Below are positions 1-8,835 of a stretch of 47,806 bases of DNA, piece after piece (the first letter of the stretch is position 1; the number at the start of each line of letters is the position of its first letter). The stretch lies in the sequence record OQ988004.1. The stretch is one strand, 5' to 3'. The position numbers were made by a program, and so were the translations under genes. The notes beneath the pieces are model-generated. The model was not told where the DNA came from, searched no databases, and saw only the letters and a program-made list of their open reading frames with translations. The DNA is from Mycobacteroides phage 8UZL.

Positions 1-621
1 GGATGGCTCGGGATGGGGTGCTCCCCCTAGGGGTGGGGTGCCCCGGCCAGCAAACTTCTCAGCAAACGACGGGTCCATCCATCGCGGCACGAGCGCGGCG
101 CCTGGAACAGGGCGGACGAAGGCATCGCAGTCACCACACTTCCTGTTCCCTGCCCCATCCAAGTAATGCACCATGTCATGTGGGCATCGCCGCATCCGCT
201 CCACCTTGTCCTGCACCTCTGCCTCCTCCACTACCTCGTCTCCCGTCGTCGTCGGAGTATCGCCTTGATGTTCCCGAGCACCACATCACTAGGCGTATGC
301 CTATGCGTGCCATCATCAACACATCGAATGATGTCACCGAGGGCGTCACGATCACGCTTGAGGCGTCGCAATAATGACCCCGTCACATACACACGATTGT
401 TACCTGTCATGGCACAACCACCTTGAATGTGATACCCCTTGTTCTGATGTGTGGTACGCATGCCCATAGGTGCACGCTATGTTCTACCCACCCATACACA
501 GGGGACCATGAGTGGATATATACCAGGCCTGCATAACGTGCCCGTATAGAGCGCCGTATATACGACACCCTATGTGGCTGGGTCATATCACGCGGATGCA
601 CATTGCGGTTTGTGTGGTATT

Positions 622-945
622 TCATTCCTTCTTCTCACGGGGGAAGATCAGGGAAAAGGTCACCTGCCCAGGCGCCATGTCACCACACACCGCCAGTGCA
701 TCACGAAGCTTCTGCACATCAACGTGATCCAGCTCCAGCGTGAGGCCTCCATCAACGACGATCTTGGCCCCGCCTCGCATACCACCCCCGTTCGGTGTGA
801 GCGTGAACGTCGAGCACGTGCCTTCGGCCATGAGAGCCCTTCCTTGGTGTGGTACGGAGCCGAGACCTAGCAGGTCCCAAAACTTGCTTCCTACGACAGG
901 AGGAGTGTTATACCACTCGCGCATGGGATCAGGGGGGCAATTCAC
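622..945 (-). CDS. hypothetical protein (107 aa)
   Basis: Minus-strand ORF at the end of the leftward early block. Protein-like composition but no recognisable motif. Confidence 0.3.
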   Translation of the reverse strand: MNCPPDPMREWYNTPPVVGSKFWDLLGLGSVPHQGRALMAEGTCSTFTLTPNGGGMRGGAKIVVDGGLTLELDHVDVQKLRDALAVCGDMAPGQVTFSLIFPREKKE

Positions 946-1358
946 TCGATGACCTTCCGCTGAGTGCCGACGATTGCCGCCTCTTTCGCCAACGAGGTCA
1001 AGCGGTAGTGGTTGTGATCCACCCGCTCGATCAGGCCGTATTCCTGGCCCTTGTACAGCGCATTGTGCGCAGTGGATGAAGAGACGTCCGGGTATTTCTC
1101 GAGCAGCAGCTCAGAGAGCAGATTCGTCGTCACCGTCTTGTTCCGGTGCTTCGACTTCTTCCACCAGTTGAGCACGAAGGCAACCTGCCATCCCGTCGTC
1201 TCTACGACTTGCTGCTCTTCGTCTTCCACTTCCTCGGCCGCCATCACAGGTCGAGGAATCACCCCAGTGTCCAACGCTGTCTTAAGACTGATCAGTTCCT
1301 CGAGGGTGTCGCAGTAAATGCCCTCATATGAATATGCCATCTTCCTTACCTTTCTCAT
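942..1358 (-). CDS. hypothetical protein, possible winged-helix DNA-binding fold
   Basis: 138-aa ORF. The true start is probably the internal Met (MAYSYEG, about 1340). The C-terminus resembles a wHTH. 4-nt overlap with neighbours typical of a phage operon. Confidence 0.45.
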   Translation of the reverse strand: MRKVRKMAYSYEGIYCDTLEELISLKTALDTGVIPRPVMAAEEVEDEEQQVVETTGWQVAFVLNWWKKSKHRNKTVTTNLLSELLLEKYPDVSSSTAHNALYKGQEYGLIERVDHNHYRLTSLAKEAAIVGTQRKVIE

Positions 1359-1654
1359 TCCCAGCGGTCCTTCCGACCGGGATGATTCTTTCTTCTGGCC
1401 TCTTCGGCCGCTTCCTTTCTCATCTTCGCACGTCGTGCCTTAGTCTCCTGTGTATGCCTCTCATGGCAGGGATGACAGAGGGCCCTGAGGTTGTCGTCAG
1501 CGTCTCCACCACCATCCACGCGATCAATGATGTGGTCGACAACCGTGGCACGTCCCAGGCAGCCCCAGGCGCCCATCTCACAGCGAGGATGAGTGCGTAG
1601 GTATCGCTTTTGGATCCGAGCCCACACCCAGCTGTTCGACTCGTTGGTGCGCAT
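1355..1654 (-). CDS. HNH endonuclease
   Basis: Motif VVDHIIDRVDGGGDADDNLRALCHPCHERH (HNH with Zn-binding Cys/His). Start ATG at 1654 overlaps the upstream stop as TGATG, verified in sequence. Confidence 0.75.
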   Translation of the reverse strand: MRTNESNSWVWARIQKRYLRTHPRCEMGAWGCLGRATVVDHIIDRVDGGGDADDNLRALCHPCHERHTQETKARRAKMRKEAAEEARRKNHPGRKDRWE

Positions 1655-2007
1655 CAGTCGAAAGTGATCGACGGCGGACCAGGTGACAGGTGCAGCGTGA
1701 GGTTGATCTTCTGGTAGCCACCTCGGTCGATGTGCTCCTTGCTGTGCCTGCCGCATGTGATCGGTGTGGGACGGATGACCTTCGTCTGACTGACGTACAT
1801 ACCAGTTGGGAAGAAGCCTGAGGACTCGTCATGCAAGTCCTTGTGGTAAAAGCGATAGACCTGACCCTTCTCCACCATTACCACCGACCTCTCATACCGC
1901 TCAGGTACTCGGGTGTAGTTGTAGGCGTGGATCAGGTCCTCAACTCTATGCTTTGCCACGTGCCAACTCCCGTGCCCAGGTGATGTGTGCATGGTCCTCG
2001 AGGTCAC
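1654..2007 (-). CDS. hypothetical protein (117 aa)
   Basis: Minus-strand ORF translationally coupled to the HNH gene. Confidence 0.45.
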   Translation of the reverse strand: MTSRTMHTSPGHGSWHVAKHRVEDLIHAYNYTRVPERYERSVVMVEKGQVYRFYHKDLHDESSGFFPTGMYVSQTKVIRPTPITCGRHSKEHIDRGGYQKINLTLHLSPGPPSITFD

Positions 2008-2191
2008 GACGCAGCTTCTGCTGTCCGCGCTTGGTGTTGCCCCAGAATGCCTTGAGGCCTCGCCAATTTTCGATGCGCCACGGCATGTTCAGACAGGCAT
2101 ACAGCATCTCACCGCGTGTGGGCATGAGCTCGAGAACGCTGAGCGTCATCTTGCCAATGCTCTGGTATGCGCGATCAATCGGTGACGGCAT
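1946..2191 (-). CDS. hypothetical protein (81 aa)
   Basis: Minus-strand ORF that bridges flanking genes with short overlaps. Confidence 0.3.
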   Translation of the reverse strand: MPSPIDRAYQSIGKMTLSVLELMPTRGEMLYACLNMPWRIENWRGLKAFWGNTKRGQQKLRRDLEDHAHITWARELARGKA

Positions 2192-2645
2192 CAGCGGGCT
2201 CCCACTTCTTCCCTGAGTGCGGATCGTGCAGCATCACTCCGTCGATCTTCAGCCACTCGTCCATCTCATGCAGCTCCATCGCACGGATACACTCCTGGAT
2301 CCAGTAGACCTGCTGCTTGAGTGGCCAATCGGCGATGCCATGCGGAATTGGGTGCATCATTTCCACACGGGCCATCTGCGTGTTGCCTGGGTGGTAGGAG
2401 TCGTGGACAGGTGCACTGACGATCTTCAGCGCTGGGTAACCCAGCATGTAGTTCTCCATCACTGTGAACCACCAGTCGATCTTGTACTGCACCCGATCAA
2501 CGATTGCCTGCACCGCTCGAGCTTCCGGCGTTGAATGCCGGTGCTCCAGGGTCTGGCCTCCGAATGGCTCGATGGTCGTGTCATCACCGGGGAGGGTAAT
2601 CTCGCCGATCAATCCCAATGGAACGAAGTCCTCAGCTGAGCTCAT
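2175..2645 (-). CDS. hypothetical protein (156 aa)
   Basis: Minus-strand ORF with protein-like composition. No motif recognised. Confidence 0.45.
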   Translation of the reverse strand: MSSAEDFVPLGLIGEITLPGDDTTIEPFGGQTLEHRHSTPEARAVQAIVDRVQYKIDWWFTVMENYMLGYPALKIVSAPVHDSYHPGNTQMARVEMMHPIPHGIADWPLKQQVYWIQECIRAMELHEMDEWLKIDGVMLHDPHSGKKWEPADAVTD

Positions 2646-2943
2646 CGGCCTGTGCCATTACCTCGTCGTAGTGCTCGGGGCACTCCGTCAGCGCGGCCAA
2701 GCCGATGGCTTCACCGGCATCCTCGGGGCCAATGTTGTACCTGATGACGAGGTCCATGCCGATGGTCAGAATGGTATCTCCTTCGTCCAGCATGTTACAG
2801 ATGAGCTCCGACTTGCTGAGGCCCGGCGAGGCGTCCGCGTGAGACGCGGCGGCGAGTCCCACACCGGCGAGCACCGCACCTGCGGCCATCACTCCGAGGG
2901 TACGGCGCACCTGGCGCTTGTGGTAGGTGGGGATACGGATCAT
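2632..2943 (-). CDS. secreted/membrane-anchored protein with an N-terminal signal or TM segment
   Basis: N-terminus MIRIPTYHKRQVRRTLGVMAAGAVLAGVGLAAASHADA has a basic n-region, a hydrophobic core and an AxA cleavage-like site. Short acidic mature domain. Confidence 0.5.
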   Translation of the reverse strand: MIRIPTYHKRQVRRTLGVMAAGAVLAGVGLAAASHADASPGLSKSELICNMLDEGDTILTIGMDLVIRYNIGPEDAGEAIGLAALTECPEHYDEVMAQADELS

Positions 2944-3137
2944 TTATTGGTCCTTTCGAGAGAGGGGTAGGGCACGGTGCCCGGGTTCACTTGGACTATA
3001 TACTGGGCTTCCCCCGACGGGATCTGACGGCCACAGTAACAGCACCGAGCGTTGGGTGTGACGTGGGGATGACCGACCTTGAGCTTCAGGCCATCCCAGC
3101 AGTGATTGCAGACTGGCTGCTTCCATGAGAACTTCAT
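2940..3137 (-). CDS. zinc-ribbon protein (65 aa)
   Basis: CNHC ... CCYCGRQ cysteine pairs. Confidence 0.45.
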   Translation of the reverse strand: MKFSWKQPVCNHCWDGLKLKVGHPHVTPNARCCYCGRQIPSGEAQYIVQVNPGTVPYPSLERTNK

Positions 3138-3322
3138 TGTGAATCCAGAAGATCCAGCAATCGAGCTCGGAAGACCTGGTAGTCGCCGATGATCTCGATC
3201 TTGTTGTTGACGGCCGTAGACACGAAGAACGAGTCCGTGCCGCTGACCACCGAAGTCACGGTGCAGAGATTGACGAGAACCGTTTCTCCGGCGCGAGTCT
3301 CACCCTCAAACCACATTTGCAT
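3134..3322 (-). CDS. hypothetical protein (62 aa)
   Basis: Small minus-strand ORF with a 4-nt overlap to neighbours. Confidence 0.4.
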   Translation of the reverse strand: MQMWFEGETRAGETVLVNLCTVTSVVSGTDSFFVSTAVNNKIEIIGDYQVFRARLLDLLDSQ

Positions 3323-3325
3323 TTC

Positions 3326-3634
3326 TTACTCCTCTTCTTCATCTGTGAGTAGGATCCTGGCTTTTGCCAGTTCCAGTTCATGCTTTGGGGATGATGGTGT
3401 CCGCATGATTGACAGCATCTTCACCATCCCCAAGATCTTGCCCTCGTTCTTCAGCCGCTCCTTCGCATCGGTGAGATTCCCACGTGCTAACAATTCCGCA
3501 TCCAGGGCATCTTGCATCTTCTCGATGAGCGTCTTTCCGCGTTTCCCTGGGAAGCTGTTGCTCTGCACCAGTTCCATGTGTCGCGCTAAGCGCCGCTGTC
3601 GCCTGCTCACCGCCATTGTCCAGCTCCTTTCCAC
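3326..3634 (-). CDS. hypothetical protein (102 aa; start uncertain)
   Basis: Protein-like ORF. It overlaps the 3-prime part of ORF 3378-4142 in another frame, so one of the two is mis-delimited or a frameshift exists. Confidence 0.3.
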   Translation of the reverse strand: MERSWTMAVSRRQRRLARHMELVQSNSFPGKRGKTLIEKMQDALDAELLARGNLTDAKERLKNEGKILGMVKMLSIMRTPSSPKHELELAKARILLTDEEEE

Positions 3635-4046
3635 ACCAGGAACAATAGAGCCATTGCCAGGAGACGTACTTCTCGCAGTACTTGCACTTCAGCTCAACTC
3701 CTTTTTCCATCTCCTTAGCAACTCTACGCGCAGCCCGCTTCTGACTCGGCGTCTCGAAGGTCCCGTGCTTCGCGTTCAGGTACACCTGCATGTCTCGACC
3801 GATCTCACGGAGACGGCGGTCGATCCAGGCCTTGAATCTGAGGGTGTTCTCATCCTTGAGTCCGCCCGCGTGCTCGTGGAAGCGCTTCTTCACCTGTGCC
3901 GCTACATGCTCGTCATACTTGGCGGCTTGAGAGCTGACGGCCATACCCGTGCGGACGATCTCGAGGTATGCGGTGATGAAGCGCTCGGGCATGAAACCCA
4001 AGGCCTCGAGTTCCTCGGCGATGTGAGAAGCATTCTTGCGCCTCAT
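3378..4046 (-). CDS. zinc-ribbon protein (start at internal Met MRRKNASH)
   Basis: CKYC ... CSWC zinc-ribbon motif. The Met start at 4046 gives an ATGA overlap with the upstream gene. The C-terminal 70 aa are low-complexity and overlap ORF 3326-3634, so the true end is doubtful. Confidence 0.4.
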   Translation of the reverse strand: MRRKNASHIAEELEALGFMPERFITAYLEIVRTGMAVSSQAAKYDEHVAAQVKKRFHEHAGGLKDENTLRFKAWIDRRLREIGRDMQVYLNAKHGTFETPSQKRAARRVAKEMEKGVELKCKYCEKYVSWQWLYCSWCGKELDNGGEQATAALSATHGTGAEQQLPRETRKDAHREDARCPGCGIVSTWESHRCEGAAEERGQDLGDGEDAVNHADTIIPKA

Positions 4047-4405
4047 CGGAAACGCTCCAATGCCTTGTGGTAGATGTAGTAGGAACCGTTCGAGAGTTCC
4101 CAGTCCGGGTGATCTCCCGGCACTACTCCTTGCACGTACCACACCAGGTCAAGCAGGGGGCCGACGAGCGGCGTCACGAACAGATAGCTGTGATCGAGGT
4201 GGCGCGGCAATCCCCCATACAGACGCAGCACCAAGGGGTGCATACGCCAAGTGATGACGGGCACGACGTTTCCAAGGGATCCGTAATGGGCCCTCAGATC
4301 GTCGATGAGCGCCTGAATCGCTCCCGACGACGGTTGATGTGCGGGCGGGAAGCCGAGGGGCGCATAGACGCCCTCACGGATCGGTCCTTGGATTACTGGG
4401 GCCAT
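4043..4405 (-). CDS. hypothetical protein (120 aa)
   Basis: Minus-strand ORF in an operon with 4-nt overlaps. Confidence 0.4.
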   Translation of the reverse strand: MAPVIQGPIREGVYAPLGFPPAHQPSSGAIQALIDDLRAHYGSLGNVVPVITWRMHPLVLRLYGGLPRHLDHSYLFVTPLVGPLLDLVWYVQGVVPGDHPDWELSNGSYYIYHKALERFR

Positions 4406-4522
4406 ACCGGCACCGCCTTGTGAGGCTTGCTGGTCCAGTGCTCACGCTTCTTGTGAGCCCAGCCATTGTTGGACTTGGTCGACTGGGTGAGCTTCTTGCC
4501 ACACCCAGCGCAGTTCGGCTGC

Positions 4523-4771
4523 TTAGGCATCCTGGGTCTCCTTCTTGCGGGCCGCATCACGCAGCATCTGCTTGGCATCGCGCTTGGCGGCGAACAGCGC
4601 TTGCTGAGCGATGCGACGAGCGAGACGCTGAGGGTCGTGCTCCTTCTGCCATTCCTGGAGCTTGCGGCGACGGATCAGCTCGACCTGCTTGAAGAACTGG
4701 CGATCACCGTTGCGCTTGGCGAGTCGCTTCCTCCGTCGGGAGTCGCGAGTGGAGTTCCGATTCTGGCTCAT
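4523..4771 (-). CDS. small highly basic protein (82 aa)
   Basis: Arg/Lys-rich helical protein, possibly nucleic-acid binding. Confidence 0.45.
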   Translation of the reverse strand: MSQNRNSTRDSRRRKRLAKRNGDRQFFKQVELIRRRKLQEWQKEHDPQRLARRIAQQALFAAKRDAKQMLRDAARKKETQDA

Positions 4772-5625
4772 TTCTGGGCAAGTCCTTTCAGCGTCCAGGT
4801 CTTTTGGTATTCAGTAGCAGTATACGAGACCGGGCTTGTTGGCATTTCTCGAGCGATGAAAGTCAGCCAGTGGTAGCGCTCGAGGATTCTCTGGCCGGTG
4901 ACGATCTCGAAGTAAGTCGGGGGTTCCTTTGGATCTGTCGATTGCACCACCATCTCTGTGTAGTCGAACGAAGTCACTGGGGGAATCCAGTAGGACTGAT
5001 CCCGCAGCAGCCATTGCCCATCAGCGAGTTGCCGGTAATCCACACCCCGCTCACGCAGCTCACGCATCGAGAAAGCCTCTCGGTGCTCCACCGTCATCGT
5101 CTGGCGAGTATGGATGGGGAACCGGCTGCGAGGGTACCGAGATTCCGCGAACTCGTGAGTCACGTCAACGGCGATGTCCCATTCATCCCAGCTCGGTGGC
5201 TGGAAGCGGTAGGTCTTGTAGTGCTTCTGCCGGTAGCGTCCCTCATTGCCGTAGTACTGGAGGCGATGGCGCTTGTCCCAGATCTGATCGGGAGGGTTAG
5301 GTCCTTGGACATCGGACCCCGGGCAGAAGACGTGAGAGTCGTCGGTGGCATAGGAGTAATCCTCCGGCATCACCCAGTGAGCATAATCTATCTCACCGGG
5401 CTCTCCCTCTCGATAACCGTCCAGGATCTCTTGCTGGTGCTCGAGGTACTCCTCGCGCATCTCCACCATTCGGCGGGTGATCGGAAGCCCATGCCACATC
5501 TGGTTGCAATGGGGACACGGATCCGGATTCGCTTGATGGGCCTCGTCCCTCTCGCCTCGCTCGAGGTCCTCGGAGATGAGCGAGTCGATGTCAGACATGA
5601 GAGAGTCGTAGTCGTCAGTGGGCAT
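4768..5625 (-). CDS. hypothetical protein (285 aa)
   Basis: Long minus-strand ORF with a CPHC pair. Its start lies directly downstream of the iteron-rich intergenic region. Confidence 0.55.
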   Translation of the reverse strand: MPTDDYDSLMSDIDSLISEDLERGERDEAHQANPDPCPHCNQMWHGLPITRRMVEMREEYLEHQQEILDGYREGEPGEIDYAHWVMPEDYSYATDDSHVFCPGSDVQGPNPPDQIWDKRHRLQYYGNEGRYRQKHYKTYRFQPPSWDEWDIAVDVTHEFAESRYPRSRFPIHTRQTMTVEHREAFSMRELRERGVDYRQLADGQWLLRDQSYWIPPVTSFDYTEMVVQSTDPKEPPTYFEIVTGQRILERYHWLTFIAREMPTSPVSYTATEYQKTWTLKGLAQK

Positions 5626-5659
5626 AGCAGTACTTTACCTTGCCTGTCTCTTCTCGTTC

Positions 5660-6000
5660 GACCCGGACACCCGGACCGCGGACATCCCCCGACAGGGGGA
5701 ATGGATGTCCGTGTCCGAGGTGTACGTGGTCGGGGTATCCAATTTCTCTTTTCCCTGTTGCGCGTTCTCGGTGCTGCTTGTGCCCGGTCATTTAGGGCGG
5801 ACATCGAGGAAGTGTGTATATACACACCTCGAACGCACAACGTGTCCGCCGCCGCCCTTTTCCCTCATTTCCGGACTCGTCGGACAGTGCGTTCGGTGAC
5901 CCCACAAGCAGCGGCTATTTCCGCCGTTGTCGCGTCCGGACATGACCGGACATATTGCTGTACCCGGACAGCCGCCGGTGCCTTATGTCCGGCGAGATCG
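5660..6000. repeat. iteron-like cluster of about 13 CGGACA / TGTCCGG(AC) copies
   Basis: Repeated CCGGACA, GTCCGGAC (a palindrome) and TGTCCG motifs. They lie in the 5626-5864 intergenic region and continue into the last ~45 codons of the primase gene. Confidence 0.6.
5812..5827. repeat. perfect 16-bp palindrome GTGTGTATATACACAC with AT-rich centre
   Basis: Read directly from the sequence. It sits inside the iteron cluster. Confidence 0.7.
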
Positions 6001-7790
6001 TCCTCTGTCAGCTCGTCGTCATCGGTGTACTTTCGGCCCTTGCTGGGTGTGGATTTGACGTATTCCTCGGGGTCCCAGCGATCAGGCAGGCCTGCCACAC
6101 GGAACGTGAGTTCGTTCGTCCCCGTGTACTTCGTCTCATGCGTGAAGTCGAGCTCTATCGTCGGGCCGTTCTCACGCTTCTCAGTCACGTAGATGCCGAA
6201 GTCAGCCCAGGCGTGAATCTGTCCCGATCCAGCCATGTTCTGAGCAGCACGCCCATTCGCCTGTGCCTTCGTGTTGTGATGCACGAACACCAGCGCACAG
6301 TTCTCCTGACGGGCAATCTCCTTCATCGGATTCAGCAGGTCACCTGTCACCGTCGAGGCGCTGTCCAAATCCACACCCGGCGCAGCGCGAGTGAGGGTGT
6401 CAACGATGACCAGCGACAGCTGTGACTCCTGGATGACATCAGACAGCCATGTCTGCCAGCCCTCATCGCTCAAATCAACCGCCAACATTGTTTCGACGTA
6501 CAACGCCCCCGGGTACTGCTCGAGCTCACGCTGTGGGCGATCTAGGGAGTACTTCGGATGCTTCGTGCTGGCGATCACGTTATGACGTGACCTGACCATG
6601 GTCGTCGGATCCTCTCGCTGCACGTAGAGGACGTTAATGGGCTGCTCGCACTCGTAGCTCAGGTACTCCTTGCCGAGCGCCGATGAGATGGCCAGATCCA
6701 TCGCCAGCCACGTCTTCATCGACTTCGGAATCCCCGAGATGAAGCCGCACCCTCCTTTTGGGATAAACTGGTCATAAAGCCATTCCGGCTCTGGCGCATT
6801 AAGATATTCCTCATTCCGCCAGAAAGGGACTAGCTTGTGTTTAACCTCAGTATCCTGATCAAGAGCAGCAGTCTCTTTGGGCTTCTTGAGAGCGAGCGCT
6901 TTGCCGCACTCCAGCGTCAATCGCTTGAGCTCGTCGGCGCGTCCCTCGAACTTGTTCCATGGAGTTGGTCGAATGATCGCTACCATCTCCAGCAGCGTGC
7001 AGCCAGCGTCCGCGAGTTCCCGCTCGACTTGCCACGCGATCTCCGACCTGTCCAGACCCGAGTCATCTTTGAGTCGCATGTACTGCCTGATAACGCCTCG
7101 AAGCTTGCGCTTGACGCGGGCGTAGGACTCATACGGGTCGATACTCTCAAGAAGCTGCTCAGTTACGAGGTCTCCCCCGACCACGTCCGCCTGGGGAATT
7201 TCTGGCAGACGGTCGATCTCGTCCCACGCGAGGCGGGAGCCTCCGCGCCACACGAGGCGTCCCCGAATACCTTCTACATATCCGGGCTTGTTGTTAGCAC
7301 TCCCCGGTACTCGTAGTAGCTGTGTGGTATCCCATCCACTGGGATCTGCACCGAGCGCAATGGACAGGCGATGATTCTCTCCGCCTCGTTCGGTTGTCTC
7401 AGGCCGCGACGAGTGCATGAACCAGATTGCAGCGAAGCGACCGGGCGAGGTTTCCCAGGCGAGAGTAGGCTTAAGTTCTTCCTTGATGTCATCAGGGTTG
7501 GCTTCATCGAGGTCGGCCCAAAGCCTATTCCCGATTGCCGCCCACTCTGAGATGCGCTTGGGCCCGGTGAACACCATTGGGGAGAAGTAGAGATCGTCCT
7601 CCCAGTGCTTCTCGAGGTGGTCACGCATCTTGTCGTAGTCCGCCGGAATGCGGAAAGCCGGACCCTCTCGCCAGTGGTGTTTCCGCTCGTCTGTCCGGGC
7701 CCATTTCTTTTCTATGTAGGGCAAGAAGACATACCCGTCAGCCTTGCGCCAGATGGCCCTGAGAATGCGAAGTTGTTTATCGACGTCCAT
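5865..7790 (-). CDS. bifunctional DNA primase-polymerase / helicase (AEP prim-pol N-domain plus D5/AAA_25-type NTPase, C-terminal HTH)
   Basis: N-terminal LWADLDEAN (DxD) and GRFAAIWFMH (hxH-like) prim-pol motifs. Walker A GIPKSMKT and a Walker B/RecA-like core (VIVDTL ... FVHH). C-terminal HTH TTAEIAAACGVTERTVRR. Confidence 0.85.
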   Translation of the reverse strand: MDVDKQLRILRAIWRKADGYVFLPYIEKKWARTDERKHHWREGPAFRIPADYDKMRDHLEKHWEDDLYFSPMVFTGPKRISEWAAIGNRLWADLDEANPDDIKEELKPTLAWETSPGRFAAIWFMHSSRPETTERGGENHRLSIALGADPSGWDTTQLLRVPGSANNKPGYVEGIRGRLVWRGGSRLAWDEIDRLPEIPQADVVGGDLVTEQLLESIDPYESYARVKRKLRGVIRQYMRLKDDSGLDRSEIAWQVERELADAGCTLLEMVAIIRPTPWNKFEGRADELKRLTLECGKALALKKPKETAALDQDTEVKHKLVPFWRNEEYLNAPEPEWLYDQFIPKGGCGFISGIPKSMKTWLAMDLAISSALGKEYLSYECEQPINVLYVQREDPTTMVRSRHNVIASTKHPKYSLDRPQRELEQYPGALYVETMLAVDLSDEGWQTWLSDVIQESQLSLVIVDTLTRAAPGVDLDSASTVTGDLLNPMKEIARQENCALVFVHHNTKAQANGRAAQNMAGSGQIHAWADFGIYVTEKRENGPTIELDFTHETKYTGTNELTFRVAGLPDRWDPEEYVKSTPSKGRKYTDDDELTEDDLAGHKAPAAVRVQQYVRSCPDATTAEIAAACGVTERTVRRVRK

Positions 7791-7811
7791 AAATCTTGGA
7801 GACCCCTTCGG

Positions 7812-7826
7812 TATGATTACTGCATG
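7812..7826 (+). promoter_or_regulatory. putative leaderless promoter: -10 TATGAT, 6-nt spacer, ATG
   Basis: A TANNNT hexamer lies 6 nt upstream of the ATG of gene 7824. This matches the architecture of the minus-strand promoters at 20388 and 46966. No convincing -35. Confidence 0.3.
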
Positions 7827-8282
7827 ACAACCGCACTAACATTACCCGCATTGCCCAGCTTGTTGCACAACGAGGGTTATGCTGAATACTTCAAACGGAA
7901 CATCCGTTGCTTCCGCTCGACCGATCCCAACAAGTGGCAGATCGCTGCTGTCACGCACGAAGGGAAATGGCGAAACGGCTTCCGTCCGGACTTCCGGACA
8001 TCGTGGGAAGCCACCAAGAAGTTGTGGCACTCGGGTGAGTATGCGGACATCGCCATCATTGCCCGCAATCGCGTCTTCAGTACTCCCCGTGATCTCGCCG
8101 AGGAACTCTGTGCACCGGGCCAGGAATGGTGCGGTCGTTGTCGCCGCCCGACGGAGTTCCGTCTATACCTGAAGACTCATCATGCCCTCAAGCACGCCCC
8201 CGTGATCGTTCCCGGGTTGATGCGTTGTTACTATTGCGGGATCAGCCGGGAGGCTGCCCTCAATACTTACGGGAAGGGATGA
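7824..8282 (+). CDS. Cys-rich hypothetical protein (start MTTALT)
   Basis: First gene of the rightward block. The internal Met is chosen because upstream codons overlap the primase gene on the other strand. CGRC and CYYC pairs. Confidence 0.5.
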   Translation: MTTALTLPALPSLLHNEGYAEYFKRNIRCFRSTDPNKWQIAAVTHEGKWRNGFRPDFRTSWEATKKLWHSGEYADIAIIARNRVFSTPRDLAEELCAPGQEWCGRCRRPTEFRLYLKTHHALKHAPVIVPGLMRCYYCGISREAALNTYGKG

Positions 8283-8285
8283 GTT

Positions 8286-8468
8286 ATGGACGATATGATG
8301 GAATCTCAGCGATTACAAGAACTGGAGGATACGGAGTTGCTACTTCAGGCACTACACGAACTCGCCAGTAGTAGCAATGATGCTGAGACCGTACGAGTGT
8401 CATTTGCTGTACTCACCTCCACTTCGCTTGGCCTCAACTACTTGAAGGGACACCCGATCACACTATGA
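8286..8468 (+). CDS. hypothetical protein (60 aa)
   Basis: Small plus-strand ORF packed tightly after the previous gene. Confidence 0.35.
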   Translation: MDDMMESQRLQELEDTELLLQALHELASSSNDAETVRVSFAVLTSTSLGLNYLKGHPITL

Positions 8469-8671
8469 CCGAACAGGATCAGCCCGACCGCAAACTCATC
8501 TGGCGGGCCTACAACTACAAATCCGGGGACAAGATCATGCTCCAATACCCGGACCTGATCCGATACCACACCGAGAGTGGCTACGTGCTGCAGAAGCAGG
8601 ACGAGGACGGCAACTGGGCGGATCACCTGGGCGAGAACACCGATGCCGCGGCCGACACAAGCGAGGGGTGA
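8465..8671 (+). CDS. hypothetical protein (68 aa)
   Basis: Small acidic ORF with a 4-nt overlap to the upstream gene. Confidence 0.4.
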   Translation: MTEQDQPDRKLIWRAYNYKSGDKIMLQYPDLIRYHTESGYVLQKQDEDGNWADHLGENTDAAADTSEG

Positions 8672-8835
8672 CCACTCCGGGTGTGACCACGTCTACCGAC
8701 TTCTTCCTACAACGGTAAGTCCTCTTCCTTGGCACCGACAGCGCTTGGTCTTCAAGTCGTATTGCTTCGTAGCCAATAGATGGATAAGAGTCAGCGTGAC
8801 CCGGTCATACTTCTGGGACGGCAATAGAGCAGCCG

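Noticed and set aside
1-620. Short overlapping ORFs (3-374, 166-426, 231-467, 407-625, 512-727) at the left end
   Set aside because: Mutually overlapping, low-complexity, with no RBS or operon context. The region has lower GC and repeat motifs and is more plausibly non-coding terminal or regulatory DNA.
3189-4073. Plus-strand 294-aa ORF antisense to the Zn-ribbon gene
   Set aside because: The Ser-rich low-complexity translation is not protein-like. The minus-strand ORFs show operon-style 4-nt overlaps.
4393-4578. 61-aa ORF with CAGCGKK motif overlapping gene 4523-4771
   Set aside because: It could be a small Zn-binding protein starting at the internal MPKQPNC. It overlaps its neighbour and is too short to support from sequence alone.
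4804-6425. Plus-strand ORFs 4804-6192 (462 aa) and 5955-6425 antisense to gene 4768-5625 and the primase gene
   Set aside because: Low-complexity, Arg/Ser/Leu-rich. They span an intergenic region and two well-supported minus-strand genes. Frame artefact of GC-rich sequence.
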